This document shows positions 39,837 through 49,801 of a stretch of DNA of 64,000 nt, piece by piece (the first letter of the stretch is position 1; each line of letters begins with the position of its first letter). Position numbers and translations under genes: made by a program. Origin of the DNA: a virus. Lineage: Duplodnaviria; Caudoviricetes. The stretch lies in the IMG/VR virus record IMGVR_UViG_3300028048_000042. The stretch is one strand, 5' to 3'. The notes under the pieces were generated by a model. The model was not told the DNA's origin and did no database searches. It worked only from the letters and a program-made list of their open reading frames with translations.

Positions 39837-40294
39837 ATGACAGTAAAGAATATCTGCAAAACAAAATGTTTGAGAAAATAACAGCAATTTCCATTATTGA
39901 GAAATTCTATTTTTTTAGGTTTGGTCATGTAGAAGCACATTGGTTATTTGGTGACAAAAAGAAACTTAACAACCTTCTTTTTAAAAAAAATATAAAAATT
40001 TCTTATTTTGAAGAGAGAGGAAATGTAGTTACCTTCCACGGCAAAGAGGAGTATTGTATCTATTATGAAGTAATTCACAAAAAAGAACATATTTTCCGAG
40101 CTGTATTTGTTTGCGGAGAAAATAAACTTTTTCTTACTGATGATAATAGAAGCGGTTATGTATTTTGCCCAAATGATAATGAACATCAAGATACTTATAA
40201 ATTTTTGGCATCAAAAGCAGAATTGATTTCTTGTTCTGTTGATGACCTAATTAAAATTTTACGTTCGGTAATGTTTCGTACAATAGGCACTTAG
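39833..40294 (+). CDS. RxxG[VI]-COOH family protein (variant end)
   Basis: ends SVMFRTIGT*. Confidence 0.7.
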   Translation: MNDSKEYLQNKMFEKITAISIIEKFYFFRFGHVEAHWLFGDKKKLNNLLFKKNIKISYFEERGNVVTFHGKEEYCIYYEVIHKKEHIFRAVFVCGENKLFLTDDNRSGYVFCPNDNEHQDTYKFLASKAELISCSVDDLIKILRSVMFRTIGT

Positions 40295-40306
40295 GAGAGA
40301 TTTTGC

Positions 40307-40720
40307 ATGAAAACATTTGGTAGATTTGATAAAGATTATGGGGAATACGAAATTCATATAAAGTGTATATTTCGAGATGATTCTATACCTGCAACATTTG
40401 GGACTTTAACTTTGAGAGAGTTTTTTGCCCCACCATCGACTCTAAATTACATTTCTGTGGCAATCGTAGCAAAAAAATCTCTAAGCGACAAAATGAATTA
40501 CTTTGAACGCACAACACAAAAGCAAAGAAATTCAAATTTATGTTATTATACAGATAGTGAATTTGGTATTTTTAGCATAACAAATGCGTTAAAAACAATA
40601 CTAATGGCAGGGTACAATTTAAGTTATTATCCGCAAATACGCAAAAATTTAAAACAAGGATTAGAACTCGTTTTAAAAGATTTAAAAGAAAATTATGTAC
40701 CTAGAAAGATTGGAGTATAA
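40307..40720 (+). CDS. RxxG[VI]-COOH family protein
   Basis: ends YVPRKIGV*. Confidence 0.7.
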   Translation: MKTFGRFDKDYGEYEIHIKCIFRDDSIPATFGTLTLREFFAPPSTLNYISVAIVAKKSLSDKMNYFERTTQKQRNSNLCYYTDSEFGIFSITNALKTILMAGYNLSYYPQIRKNLKQGLELVLKDLKENYVPRKIGV

Positions 40721-40723
40721 AAA

Positions 40724-41512
40724 ATGATTTTTTTTATTTCTGACACACATTTTTATCATGATAATATAATTAAATATTGTAATCGTCCTTTTCGCAATGT
40801 AGAAGAAATGAACGAAACCATAATTGAAAATTGGAATTCGGTAGTAAAACCTACTGATGTAGTGTATCATTTGGGCGATTTTACAACTGCTGATTATATC
40901 CCTAATATTAAATTTAAAGACAGATACATTGTAACAGCTAGGAATCTGTTGTCAAGGTTAAATGGAAAAAAAATTTTAATTCGTGGTAATCATGATTTAA
41001 GCAAAACAGTTTGTTTGGAATGTGGATGGGATAGGGTTGAAACTGAAGTCAATGAGAGAGGTATGGTATTAAGTCACAAACCTAAGGAATATATAAACCT
41101 TGTAAATGTTCATGGTCATATTCATAATCAAAAACCATTTTGTTATTTAGATGAAAATGGTAAGGTTCGGTTTAATGTTAGCGTTGATGTAACATCTTTC
41201 AAACCTGTATCAATTGAACAAATTGAGAATGCGTATATTAACAAAATTTCTGAAGTATACCAAAACGAAAAAATCGTTAGTAGTGAAATTCATTATGGTA
41301 AATTTTTCCAATTTATCCATGATAAAAAATTTGATATTCTTGTAGTATTGAAATTTACCAATAATTACAGTTTAGAAATTTACAAAACACGAAGTCAATA
41401 TGTAATAAAATGTAATGGCATAGAAATGCATATAATAAGAGTAGATTTAAATGATTTAAAAAAGTTCCCTCAGTTTTTGAAGGATTTAATGATAAGATAT
41501 GGAGTGATTTAA
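40724..41512 (+). CDS. calcineurin-like metallophosphoesterase fused to a C-terminal RxxG-like module
   Basis: SDTHF, HLGDF, GNHD, LSH, HGHIH motifs; extra ~90 aa ending KDLMIRYGVI*. Confidence 0.88.
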   Translation: MIFFISDTHFYHDNIIKYCNRPFRNVEEMNETIIENWNSVVKPTDVVYHLGDFTTADYIPNIKFKDRYIVTARNLLSRLNGKKILIRGNHDLSKTVCLECGWDRVETEVNERGMVLSHKPKEYINLVNVHGHIHNQKPFCYLDENGKVRFNVSVDVTSFKPVSIEQIENAYINKISEVYQNEKIVSSEIHYGKFFQFIHDKKFDILVVLKFTNNYSLEIYKTRSQYVIKCNGIEMHIIRVDLNDLKKFPQFLKDLMIRYGVI

Positions 41513-41513
41513 T

Positions 41514-41876
41514 ATGGCATATACATATCCATTTATGTGCACAACTATTTCTGCAAAAGCAGAATATTTTGCAAGGTCTGTTGAAACACAATCAATATTT
41601 AATGAATTTAAAGTATTGAAAAAAGAAAAAAAATATAAGGTTCAAAATTTTTGTGGATATAGGATTATAGAAGTTGACCCATATTTTTCACTCTTTATAA
41701 AAAAAGACAAAACAATTTGCGGATTTTTATCCAATTATGCAGATAATCCGTTTATGTATAACATTAAATTTACTCACAAAACAAATTTTATATATGACAA
41801 TTTTACAAAAGCTAAATATAAACCTAAAGAAAAAGAGTTTATTAAACATTTGTGTGCAAGATTGAAAGGTATATGA
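41514..41876 (+). CDS. RxxG[VI]-COOH family protein
   Basis: ends HLCARLKGI*. Confidence 0.78.
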   Translation: MAYTYPFMCTTISAKAEYFARSVETQSIFNEFKVLKKEKKYKVQNFCGYRIIEVDPYFSLFIKKDKTICGFLSNYADNPFMYNIKFTHKTNFIYDNFTKAKYKPKEKEFIKHLCARLKGI

Positions 41877-41877
41877 A

Positions 41878-42249
41878 ATGGTTAATATAACAGAAGGACT
41901 CAATCGAATAAATAGTTGTAAATATAATTTTTTCTTTAATGGCTTGAAAATTTCCCAACAAAAAAATGGTATTGTTATTGTTCGAAATTTCAATCCATTA
42001 AGTATTAGAAATAATTGTTCTTGGCATGACCAATCGCCATACATCTATACAAGTTTTTTTCTTGAAAAAGATGGAATTTTTAGTTATAACGACCATATAA
42101 GAGACAGGCAAGTAAAAATAAACTTATTTGGATATAAACAAAAATGGTGGAATAAATATTGGTTTTCATTCGAGTTGAATTTTACATTTTTCGAAAGCAC
42201 AATGGTTTATTTTGCAAAAAAATTGTATAGCCGTTTATATGGAGTGTAA
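41878..42249 (+). CDS. RxxG[VI]-COOH family protein
   Basis: ends KLYSRLYGV*. Confidence 0.78.
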   Translation: MVNITEGLNRINSCKYNFFFNGLKISQQKNGIVIVRNFNPLSIRNNCSWHDQSPYIYTSFFLEKDGIFSYNDHIRDRQVKINLFGYKQKWWNKYWFSFELNFTFFESTMVYFAKKLYSRLYGV

Positions 42250-42252
42250 AAT

Positions 42253-42519
42253 ATGCGTATTTCTACAACAAAAATTTTTAACAACCTTTGTCGAGTTTTT
42301 GCTTATGGAGAATCAGACAATTACATATTTACTTTTGATTTAGACGATAGTGATTTTTGCGAAATAATTATTAACAATTATAAAATTACAATTGCAAGAG
42401 AAGATGGAATGAACAGTTATATTGCTTGGAATGAAATTAAGAATTTAACAAATTTCTATCCCATATCTCATATTAAGAAAGAACCTCGAATTATGTTTTC
42501 TAGGTGCTTTGGAGTCTGA
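42253..42519 (+). CDS. RxxG[VI]-COOH family protein
   Basis: ends IMFSRCFGV*. Confidence 0.78.
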   Translation: MRISTTKIFNNLCRVFAYGESDNYIFTFDLDDSDFCEIIINNYKITIAREDGMNSYIAWNEIKNLTNFYPISHIKKEPRIMFSRCFGV

Positions 42520-42594
42520 TTTTTCAGGCTCTTTTTTGTTGACAAAAGTTGCAAAATCGTATAAAATAAAAGTAATGAATAGGAGGTAATTAAA

Positions 42595-42864
42595 ATGATA
42601 GAAAGTGTATTTATAGATATGCCACATATATACTTGAAAAAAGACGCTTTTTATTTTGGTAAGACAAACATTAGAAAGCTTGGCGTGCGCATCTCGCTTG
42701 AAGATTATGCTAATTTCTATGTATCAAGGTGGAGAATGTTTCGTGGTGAACAGTATTCTCGTAATAATGGTTTGGTTTTCGAAACATTGTATAATCAAAT
42801 TGGTGAATATTACCAATACACTAAGGAAGCAAAAATTTTAATGGGAAGGTTGGCAGGTATATGA
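42595..42864 (+). CDS. RxxG[VI]-COOH family protein
   Basis: ends ILMGRLAGI*; own promoter and AGGAGG RBS. Confidence 0.8.
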   Translation: MIESVFIDMPHIYLKKDAFYFGKTNIRKLGVRISLEDYANFYVSRWRMFRGEQYSRNNGLVFETLYNQIGEYYQYTKEAKILMGRLAGI

Positions 42865-43048
42865 TAATTGACATCCTCCTCCACCTTTTTAAGTGGGGGA
42901 TTCCTACTTCTCAGACCGTAGCGTATGTGATTTCATCACATGAGGTATGGCGTAGCCATACCTTTTTACGTCTTACACAATCTCCATAGGCTTTCCGTAC
43001 CTTCGGTACGCTGATTCCGCAAGCCCTGCGGTACAGTTTTTGTATGGT
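42848..43048 (-). ncRNA. TnpB omegaRNA (right-end RNA) copy 1; scaffold ends GGATGTCAA at 42868, predicted guide TTATCATATACCTGCCAACC
   Basis: homologous to 51367-51540 with compensatory hairpin changes; right-end hairpin CCCCCAC...GTGG.GG. Confidence 0.8.
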
Positions 43049-44161
43049 TTAGGCTACTTTCAGTAGCCTTTTTCCTTCTTTTAAGATATTTATGCTTGCA
43101 TTTATGTCTCGGTCATGCGTAGCATGACATTTCGGACATTCCCATTCTCTGATTGACAAATCTTTTACTTTTGGATTTTTATATCCACAATTTGAACAAG
43201 TTTGAGAACTAGCAAAGAAGGTATCTACCTTCACTACTTGGCAATTGCATTGCCATTTTGCTTTGTATTCAAGCATAGTTATGAATTTATACCATGAACA
43301 ATCTTGAATGGATTTAGCTAATTTATGATTTTTTACCATATTTTTAATTTTTAAACTCTCAATAGCTATGACTTGGTTTTCATCTACTAGCTTTCTTGAA
43401 AGTTTATGAAAAAAATCATTTTTAAAATTGGTAATTTTTTCATATTGAATAGCTAATTTAATTCTTCTTTTTTCATGGTTTTTAGATTTAGGCATTGTTC
43501 TTGAAAATTGTTTTTGTAATCTTTTTAATTTCTTTTCAAGTTTTTCAATGTGCTCTGTGTCCATGTGGTACTTCGTACCATTTGATGTAATAGCAAAATC
43601 TTTAATACCCAAATCAATACCAACTTCGTTGGCTTGTGATGTACCAAAAACATCTTGTTCCTCTACAAGAAGTGAAACAAAATACTTATTTGATGGTGTC
43701 TTTGACACCGTAGCATTTTTGATTATTCCATTGAAAAATCTGCTTTGTTTTACTTTTACAAGAGTTTTTAGTTTAGGCAAGCGTAGCTTGCCATTCTCAA
43801 CGGCTACTGTTCCATTCTGATTTAGTGTTCTGTAAGAATTTTTCCTATGCTTATTGTGAAATCTTGGATATTTAGCTTTTTTCTTAAAGAAACGTTGAAA
43901 AGCTGAATCAAGGTCACGAAGTGACTGTTGCAATGCGATAGAATCGCTCTTTTTCAGCCATTCGTATTCTTGATATTTTTTCAAATCAGTGATATGTTTT
44001 GATAATTCTTTCATAGAAATAGTTTTTTGTTCATTTTTCCAAAGGGCTTTTTTAAGACCCAAACAATGATTATAAACAAATCTACAATTCCCAATGTTTT
44101 GGTCAAAAAATTGTTTTTGATTTTCATTAGGATATAATCTAAATTTGTATGCTTTTAGCAT
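43049..44161 (-). CDS. tnpB: IS200/IS605-family RNA-guided endonuclease TnpB (no tnpA)
   Basis: N-terminal KAYKFRLYP; RuvC D (GIDLG), E (IESL) and D (DRDINA); Zn finger CSNC/CPKC. Confidence 0.95.
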   Translation of the reverse strand: MLKAYKFRLYPNENQKQFFDQNIGNCRFVYNHCLGLKKALWKNEQKTISMKELSKHITDLKKYQEYEWLKKSDSIALQQSLRDLDSAFQRFFKKKAKYPRFHNKHRKNSYRTLNQNGTVAVENGKLRLPKLKTLVKVKQSRFFNGIIKNATVSKTPSNKYFVSLLVEEQDVFGTSQANEVGIDLGIKDFAITSNGTKYHMDTEHIEKLEKKLKRLQKQFSRTMPKSKNHEKRRIKLAIQYEKITNFKNDFFHKLSRKLVDENQVIAIESLKIKNMVKNHKLAKSIQDCSWYKFITMLEYKAKWQCNCQVVKVDTFFASSQTCSNCGYKNPKVKDLSIREWECPKCHATHDRDINASINILKEGKRLLKVA

Positions 44162-44265
44162 TTTATTTCACCTCCTTTAAAGGATATTGACAAATTAAAA
44201 TATTTGTGTTAATATTAGTATATACCTAAAAGAGAAAAATGTCAAAAAGTGGAGGGGGTCTTTAT

Positions 44266-44526
44266 ATGATAAATAAAAAATTTAAATTTTACCATAGTTT
44301 TCTTAACAAACGCCAAAATTCATTTACAGTTACAGTATACACCCATATTGGTGAGCCAAATATAAAAGAGGAAGTATATACTATAACTTGCTTCGACCAT
44401 GAAGCTATAGCAATTTCAAAGAATTACAAAAACACAATGTATTACAACACAAAACATTTCATTCTTAATAAAAAACTTCCACAAAGAGAAACATCACTGC
44501 TAATTAGTAGAATGTTTGGAGTTTAA
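44266..44526 (+). CDS. RxxG[VI]-COOH family protein
   Basis: ends LLISRMFGV*. Confidence 0.78.
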   Translation: MINKKFKFYHSFLNKRQNSFTVTVYTHIGEPNIKEEVYTITCFDHEAIAISKNYKNTMYYNTKHFILNKKLPQRETSLLISRMFGV

Positions 44527-44527
44527 T

Positions 44528-44772
44528 ATGGCTACTAGAAAATACATTTTTAGTATAACACGTACAGTTTTTCGCAACGAAGTTAGAACGATTGATGAAT
44601 TCTTTCACATTCATATTAACACATATAGACAGACAGCAACAATGACAGATTATGATTATGATATATTCCAAAGATATGACTTAAAAAGAGGGAAACGAAT
44701 GGTTGTAGAAGGTGTAGATAGAGAAATCCCCCTTTTTGCAAAAAACTAATATCAAGAGCGAACGGAGTATAA
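44528..44772 (+). CDS. RxxG[VI]-COOH family protein requiring a -1 frameshift at A_AAA_AAC (or a pseudogene)
   Basis: 0 frame stops at 44749; -1 frame gives KLISRANGV*. Confidence 0.65.
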
Positions 44773-44824
44773 AACAAATAAGATATATATAACACTTGAC
44801 ACAAGTAGAACGGTAGGGGGAAAC

Positions 44825-45094
44825 ATGAAACAACTTAATGTATATAGAAACGATGAATTAGTTAATTTTTTTGCTGTGGGTTTTCGTCAGAACTATTGGA
44901 TTACAATATATTTCCCACTAACGATACAACATTATCTTTTTAGAATTTCTGTAACGCAAACGCATTGTTCTCGTAAATCAACTGTTAAATTTTTCTTTTC
45001 TTATCATACTCAACAAGATTACGATAAAATTTTCGGTTCAGATATAGAAAAAAAACAAATCATGCTCAATATAAGCAGAATGGTTGGTGTATAA
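44825..45094 (+). CDS. RxxG[VI]-COOH family protein
   Basis: ends LNISRMVGV*. Confidence 0.78.
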   Translation: MKQLNVYRNDELVNFFAVGFRQNYWITIYFPLTIQHYLFRISVTQTHCSRKSTVKFFFSYHTQQDYDKIFGSDIEKKQIMLNISRMVGV

Positions 45095-45100
45095 TAAGCA

Positions 45101-45388
45101 ATGGAGAAAAACAAAATAAAATTTGTAAGCAAATTGGGGAAAGAAAACAATCTCAGTTATTGTACAAACAATGGAATTGATAATAATCTATTTTGCACAT
45201 ATTACACTACAATTTTGTTCAATGGTATTGATTTACCAATCGTTGATTTAAGTTATAGAGATGAAATAAATCATTTTATAGATTTTTCACCATATAATAA
45301 AGAATGTTCTTCTGATGATTATGAAAACATTCTTGATGGAAAATATAAAAAAATACGAATTATCTTTTGTCGCCTGATGGGAGTATAG
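45101..45388 (+). CDS. RxxG[VI]-COOH family protein
   Basis: ends IIFCRLMGV*. Confidence 0.78.
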   Translation: MEKNKIKFVSKLGKENNLSYCTNNGIDNNLFCTYYTTILFNGIDLPIVDLSYRDEINHFIDFSPYNKECSSDDYENILDGKYKKIRIIFCRLMGV

Positions 45389-45679
45389 ATGAATTATACA
45401 TTTAATTTTAAAAATAACAATTGTGTTGAATTTTTTTGTAAAGATGATATTGAACATTACGAACGTTATTACTGTTGGTTCTATATCTTAGAGCCAAAAC
45501 TTAAAACCGAAAAATGGAACTTCATGTTATCCTTTTTTATCCGAGATGGAGGAATGAAACATGAATTTTTTAACTCTGACAGTGAAAAAGATGATTATGT
45601 AACAAACTTGAAGTGCCATTTTGACACCTCAAATATAAAAAAAATAATGATACTTATTGGTCGTGCAATAGGCATTTAA
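45389..45679 (+). CDS. RxxG[VI]-COOH family protein
   Basis: ends ILIGRAIGI*. Confidence 0.78.
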   Translation: MNYTFNFKNNNCVEFFCKDDIEHYERYYCWFYILEPKLKTEKWNFMLSFFIRDGGMKHEFFNSDSEKDDYVTNLKCHFDTSNIKKIMILIGRAIGI

Positions 45680-45729
45680 AAAAATGTTGACAAATTATGC
45701 TTTTTCTGATACAATAAAGGAGAAATAAG

Positions 45730-46026
45730 ATGTATAACAATTACAAAAAAACGTTTAGCAGTGAATATAGCGATTATAATTCAATTGTTTTTACGATTAA
45801 AATCATACATCCTGTAAGTTGTGAAAAAATAGGAGAATTTAGCATAGATATTTCTCTTTACAAAAATTCCTGTTGGACATATATCACTGAATCAAAAGAA
45901 ATTCCCCTCACGGAAGATTTGCAAGGAGAAGTACAAAAATATGAATTTTGGAATGATAAATCTTTTGCAGAACATTTAATGTCTAGCGGTTGGAAAAATG
46001 AAGCGTTGAGATTAATAGGAGTGTAA
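45730..46026 (+). CDS. RxxG[VI]-COOH family protein
   Basis: ends NEALRLIGV*. Confidence 0.78.
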   Translation: MYNNYKKTFSSEYSDYNSIVFTIKIIHPVSCEKIGEFSIDISLYKNSCWTYITESKEIPLTEDLQGEVQKYEFWNDKSFAEHLMSSGWKNEALRLIGV

Positions 46027-46031
46027 AAAAA

Positions 46032-46292
46032 ATGAAAGTGTATTTTGCGAATTTCAAAATATCTCGATACAGAGAGTTTGTGTCAAATGTGATTATTTGC
46101 AATAAATTTAACATTTATACTTATCACATGCCCATGAGTTGTACACTATCTATCCTACCAATAGATAAAACAGCCGTTCAAGATTCTGCAACTGTAACAA
46201 ATAAGTATGGTAGAGAATGTTGGATTCATTATGAAAATTCATTGGAAGATAAGGAATTGAGAAAAGTTTTTGAGAGGATGTTTGGAATATAA
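46032..46292 (+). CDS. RxxG[VI]-COOH family protein
   Basis: ends KVFERMFGI*. Confidence 0.78.
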   Translation: MKVYFANFKISRYREFVSNVIICNKFNIYTYHMPMSCTLSILPIDKTAVQDSATVTNKYGRECWIHYENSLEDKELRKVFERMFGI

Positions 46293-46573
46293 TGTTAGAT
46301 TTGAAAGTAAAATTCTCTGAAATACATTATAACAAAACAGGCATACCTTCATGTTCAATTCCTATAACCATATACTATAAAGAAGGACAAATGGACATGC
46401 TTTTTTTTCTCAATGGTAAATGGTTGCTTTTTGAAAAATTTGATGAAAATGGAAATGTTTTCCCCTTAACAAAGACGATTGAATATTTAGATGTAAAAAA
46501 GGAATTCGATAAAGAAAATTTACCGTTACACAAAGAGATTTTTTTTATACTTAATAGGAGTGTTGGAATATGA
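46292..46573 (+). CDS. RxxG[VI]-COOH family protein
   Basis: ends FILNRSVGI*. Confidence 0.78.
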   Translation: MLDLKVKFSEIHYNKTGIPSCSIPITIYYKEGQMDMLFFLNGKWLLFEKFDENGNVFPLTKTIEYLDVKKEFDKENLPLHKEIFFILNRSVGI

Positions 46574-46803
46574 CACATTGTATAATGTTTCCTTCGACCA
46601 TACATTGTAGCGCACTTAGAATCTATACAACTTTCTTCCACAATGGCAAAAAATATAAAAGTTATGATACTTATACAAATAGTTTTTTTAATTACCAACC
46701 AAAAATTGAAAGTGTTGGGTTGCTTTCTGATACTTATTCAATTCAAAATTTTCATTTGATTCCTGAGTTATCCAAAATCTATTCAAGAATACATGGAGTA
46801 TAA
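46570..46803 (+). CDS. RxxG[VI]-COOH family protein
   Basis: ends KIYSRIHGV*. Confidence 0.78.
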   Translation: MTHCIMFPSTIHCSALRIYTTFFHNGKKYKSYDTYTNSFFNYQPKIESVGLLSDTYSIQNFHLIPELSKIYSRIHGV

Positions 46804-46804
46804 A

Positions 46805-47053
46805 ATGTTTAAAATAAAATTTTGTGAAACAAAAAACAATCCTAATAGTCCAAAGCGTAAGTTTATATCTGCCAAATTATATCGCAATGATTATTTGCAA
46901 GAAATAAGAATAAATTATCAATTTAGAAAATCGCATTATTCAAAAGTACGATTTGTAACAAAATATAATGGTAAAAAGACAGAAACGTGGGAATCACAAT
47001 TGATGCACAACCTTTTTCAAAAGAAAATTATTGCAAGAATGTTGGGGGTGTAA
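46805..47053 (+). CDS. RxxG[VI]-COOH family protein
   Basis: ends KIIARMLGV*. Confidence 0.78.
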   Translation: MFKIKFCETKNNPNSPKRKFISAKLYRNDYLQEIRINYQFRKSHYSKVRFVTKYNGKKTETWESQLMHNLFQKKIIARMLGV

Positions 47054-47055
47054 AT

Positions 47056-47370
47056 GTGATAACAATACCGTTACCTAAACCAATTTCCCCTATCTCTGCG
47101 GTTGGTGGAGCATGTATAAGATACCTAAAGTTGGGAAAACCTCTTTACTTTAAGATATATTCTCCCATAGATTTTAAAGTAGATACATTACACATTCATA
47201 CTATTGGAATTGTTTTTCGTTTAAAAAATAACAAACTTGTATATGATTTGTGTGTTTTTGAAAATTATAATGTGTCAGAGAAAGATTTTTTGTATTACAG
47301 TAAGACTATATTGGAATACAAAAAGAAAAAGTTCGTTAATCATTTAATTCAAAGATTAGTTGGCATCTAA
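47056..47370 (+). CDS. RxxG[VI]-COOH family protein
   Basis: GTG start; ends HLIQRLVGI*. Confidence 0.75.
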   Translation: MITIPLPKPISPISAVGGACIRYLKLGKPLYFKIYSPIDFKVDTLHIHTIGIVFRLKNNKLVYDLCVFENYNVSEKDFLYYSKTILEYKKKKFVNHLIQRLVGI

Positions 47371-47427
47371 TCCAATTTAGATGTAAAATTACAACTAACA
47401 GAATGTTTAAATTGAGGGAAATATAAA

Positions 47428-47817
47428 ATGTTTAATTTTTTTAGAAAGATATTTAAGAAAAAGCAAAAATATATTTTTTCAAAGCCAAACATTGATATAA
47501 TTGATAGAGGTGGCAATAATATTGTCACCTTTAGCTATCACATAGGGCAAGCAATTTCAAACAGTAACATTAACCGAAATGTTTTTTTGTCAACTACTAT
47601 TGTGAATGATACAAAACATATATCTGAAATAGCTAATAAAGATTATCTTTACCACCAAGCTCTTAAAAATTTGAACCTTGAATGGTTCTCATATGAAAAA
47701 GTTGACTCTATTATTGGAGTGGAAAACGATACAAAGACAGACAGATATGCCTTTTGTGATTTCTGTAAAGCATACCCTCAATACAAAAATTTGTATTCTC
47801 GTTATTTTGGCGTATAA
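47428..47817 (+). CDS. RxxG[VI]-COOH family protein
   Basis: ends NLYSRYFGV*. Confidence 0.78.
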   Translation: MFNFFRKIFKKKQKYIFSKPNIDIIDRGGNNIVTFSYHIGQAISNSNINRNVFLSTTIVNDTKHISEIANKDYLYHQALKNLNLEWFSYEKVDSIIGVENDTKTDRYAFCDFCKAYPQYKNLYSRYFGV

Positions 47818-47831
47818 GGAGATATTTTGAA

Positions 47832-48146
47832 ATGGAAAAAAGACTTTTGGTATTTAAAACACTTGAAAATCAAAGTGTAGAGGTTCGTGTTACACATGGC
47901 AGTGGAATATTTTGTAAAGGTGGCGGTAGAGAAATATTAGATTTCGACATGACCGTTACACACTTCTATTGTAGTTGTTGGAAAATAGAAAACGAATACT
48001 GTATCAGTTTTGGTATGAATGATTTTTTTGCATTACAACGTGGCGATTTTGTCCATAGTGATTATAACAACATAATTCCACTAACAGCATTCAAAGCTAT
48101 GCCAAAATCCATAAAAAATTTACAACTTAGAATTTGGGGAGTCTAA
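47832..48146 (+). CDS. RxxG[VI]-COOH family protein
   Basis: ends NLQLRIWGV*. Confidence 0.78.
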   Translation: MEKRLLVFKTLENQSVEVRVTHGSGIFCKGGGREILDFDMTVTHFYCSCWKIENEYCISFGMNDFFALQRGDFVHSDYNNIIPLTAFKAMPKSIKNLQLRIWGV

Positions 48147-48303
48147 CTAAGTTTAAAAACTGTTGACAAAATAACAAAAATGAAGTACAATTATCAAAGA
48201 TAAATAATTGTACTTTTTTAAATGTTAGTGAAGATTCATCTGTAAAAGTGGGAGAATGTCACCTAAAATACCAATTGTAATTAAAATTGTAGGAGTATAA
48301 AAA

Positions 48304-48564
48304 ATGTTAAAAGCTAAATATTACTTTTCTCAAACATATCAAGCACTTGTCATTGATGATATAACTTACACATCATCAGGCTCTTTTTCTAATCAACTTC
48401 TATCTATGATGATTAATTTTGAACAAATTAATTTTCGCTATAAAGAAATGTTTTCTGATAGTTGTAAAATCAACTCTAATTTTGAAGATTTAAAAAAATT
48501 ACGTTTTACAAAAAACGAAAAAAGACTTATTTTGCGAAGCATTAGTAGGTTAAAAGGCGTTTAA
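48304..48564 (+). CDS. RxxG[VI]-COOH family protein
   Basis: ends RSISRLKGV*. Confidence 0.78.
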   Translation: MLKAKYYFSQTYQALVIDDITYTSSGSFSNQLLSMMINFEQINFRYKEMFSDSCKINSNFEDLKKLRFTKNEKRLILRSISRLKGV

Positions 48565-48565
48565 A

Positions 48566-48844
48566 ATGGAAAATAAGGCTAAATATGATAAATGGCAATT
48601 TTGGGACAATAAAATTGCTTATCCTCCAAACATAATTGGAGATTCACCTATAAAAAATATGATGGTTAGAAACACACAAGATAAACAAAGCTTATTTTGT
48701 CATATAACATTTTCCAAACCATTAGAAACAACATTTGCCTTTATCAATAACAATAAAATAAAAAGTTACAATAATAATGATTTGGTAATGATGAAAGAAA
48801 ACAAAAAATTTGCACTGCTGATTGCACGAACTGTGGGGATGTAA
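48566..48844 (+). CDS. RxxG[VI]-COOH family protein
   Basis: ends LLIARTVGM*. Confidence 0.78.
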   Translation: MENKAKYDKWQFWDNKIAYPPNIIGDSPIKNMMVRNTQDKQSLFCHITFSKPLETTFAFINNNKIKSYNNNDLVMMKENKKFALLIARTVGM

Positions 48845-48847
48845 AAA

Positions 48848-49189
48848 ATGAAACGAGCACAATTAACAAAAGAGGAAGTTAAAGAATTAACAAATAATCA
48901 ACACAAAGTCTCATTTGAAACAAGAAGAGCAAATACAGGAAAAATAACGTATACTATATTTTCCGTTTTCTTCAATGAGAATAAAAATTTTCCAAAAATG
49001 CTTTTTAAATTTTTTTACACACAAAAAGATTTGCAAAATTTTATGTATGTTATTGCATTATATGACTTTAAGAATGAGAAAGAATATAATCTACAAGATT
49101 TGCAAAAAATTGGATTGGGAAGTAAAAGGTATTCACCCCTATTTTGTTCTGTTCTAAGAAAATATGTATTGAGAATTGATGGTGTGTAG
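48848..49189 (+). CDS. RxxG[VI]-COOH family protein
   Basis: ends KYVLRIDGV*. Confidence 0.78.
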   Translation: MKRAQLTKEEVKELTNNQHKVSFETRRANTGKITYTIFSVFFNENKNFPKMLFKFFYTQKDLQNFMYVIALYDFKNEKEYNLQDLQKIGLGSKRYSPLFCSVLRKYVLRIDGV

Positions 49190-49256
49190 ATACATTGACA
49201 ACGATTGATATTTTTGATATAATTTAGTCGTTGTCAATGCAAAGAGGTGATGCACT

Positions 49257-49529
49257 ATGATTTTCCGAAATGAAGTAAGAAAAGCAAACGTAGTAAGTAA
49301 CGATATGTACATACTGATTAACGAAGTATCAGAAGGAACAACAAGAATCGTATTGAAATTGTTGATAATGAACAACGATAATTATAAAAAAATTAGCTGT
49401 TCAAACAAATTGGTTGAAGTGTTTGGTGTAAGAAATAAAAGATATAAAATTATAGAAAATCACGATTTATCAGTAATGAAAAGACATAAAAGTTTTAGGA
49501 TTGTTTTTTCAAGAGTATATGGGGTGTAA
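49257..49529 (+). CDS. RxxG[VI]-COOH family protein
   Basis: ends IVFSRVYGV*. Confidence 0.78.
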   Translation: MIFRNEVRKANVVSNDMYILINEVSEGTTRIVLKLLIMNNDNYKKISCSNKLVEVFGVRNKRYKIIENHDLSVMKRHKSFRIVFSRVYGV

Positions 49530-49532
49530 GTT

Positions 49533-49799
49533 ATGAGTGTTACAACACTAACCTATTCAATAAAACCTTGTAAGTTTTTCAAAGAAATTAAATTTTCAAT
49601 ATTTGGTTGCAAAGCTTATGGTGTGAATTATAACAACGAGGAAACGTTGATTTTGTGTGCAACACAGGAATCATTGTTTCTTGAATGGTCGCCAAAAAAA
49701 AAGGATAAATTGGCTAAGAATTATCCACTGAACCATCAAGATTTAGAATATTTAAACCATAAATTTAGTGGATTTGTATCTCGAATAATAGGAGTTTAA
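49533..49799 (+). CDS. RxxG[VI]-COOH family protein
   Basis: ends GFVSRIIGV*. Confidence 0.78.
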   Translation: MSVTTLTYSIKPCKFFKEIKFSIFGCKAYGVNYNNEETLILCATQESLFLEWSPKKKDKLAKNYPLNHQDLEYLNHKFSGFVSRIIGV

Positions 49800-49801
49800 A
49801 A

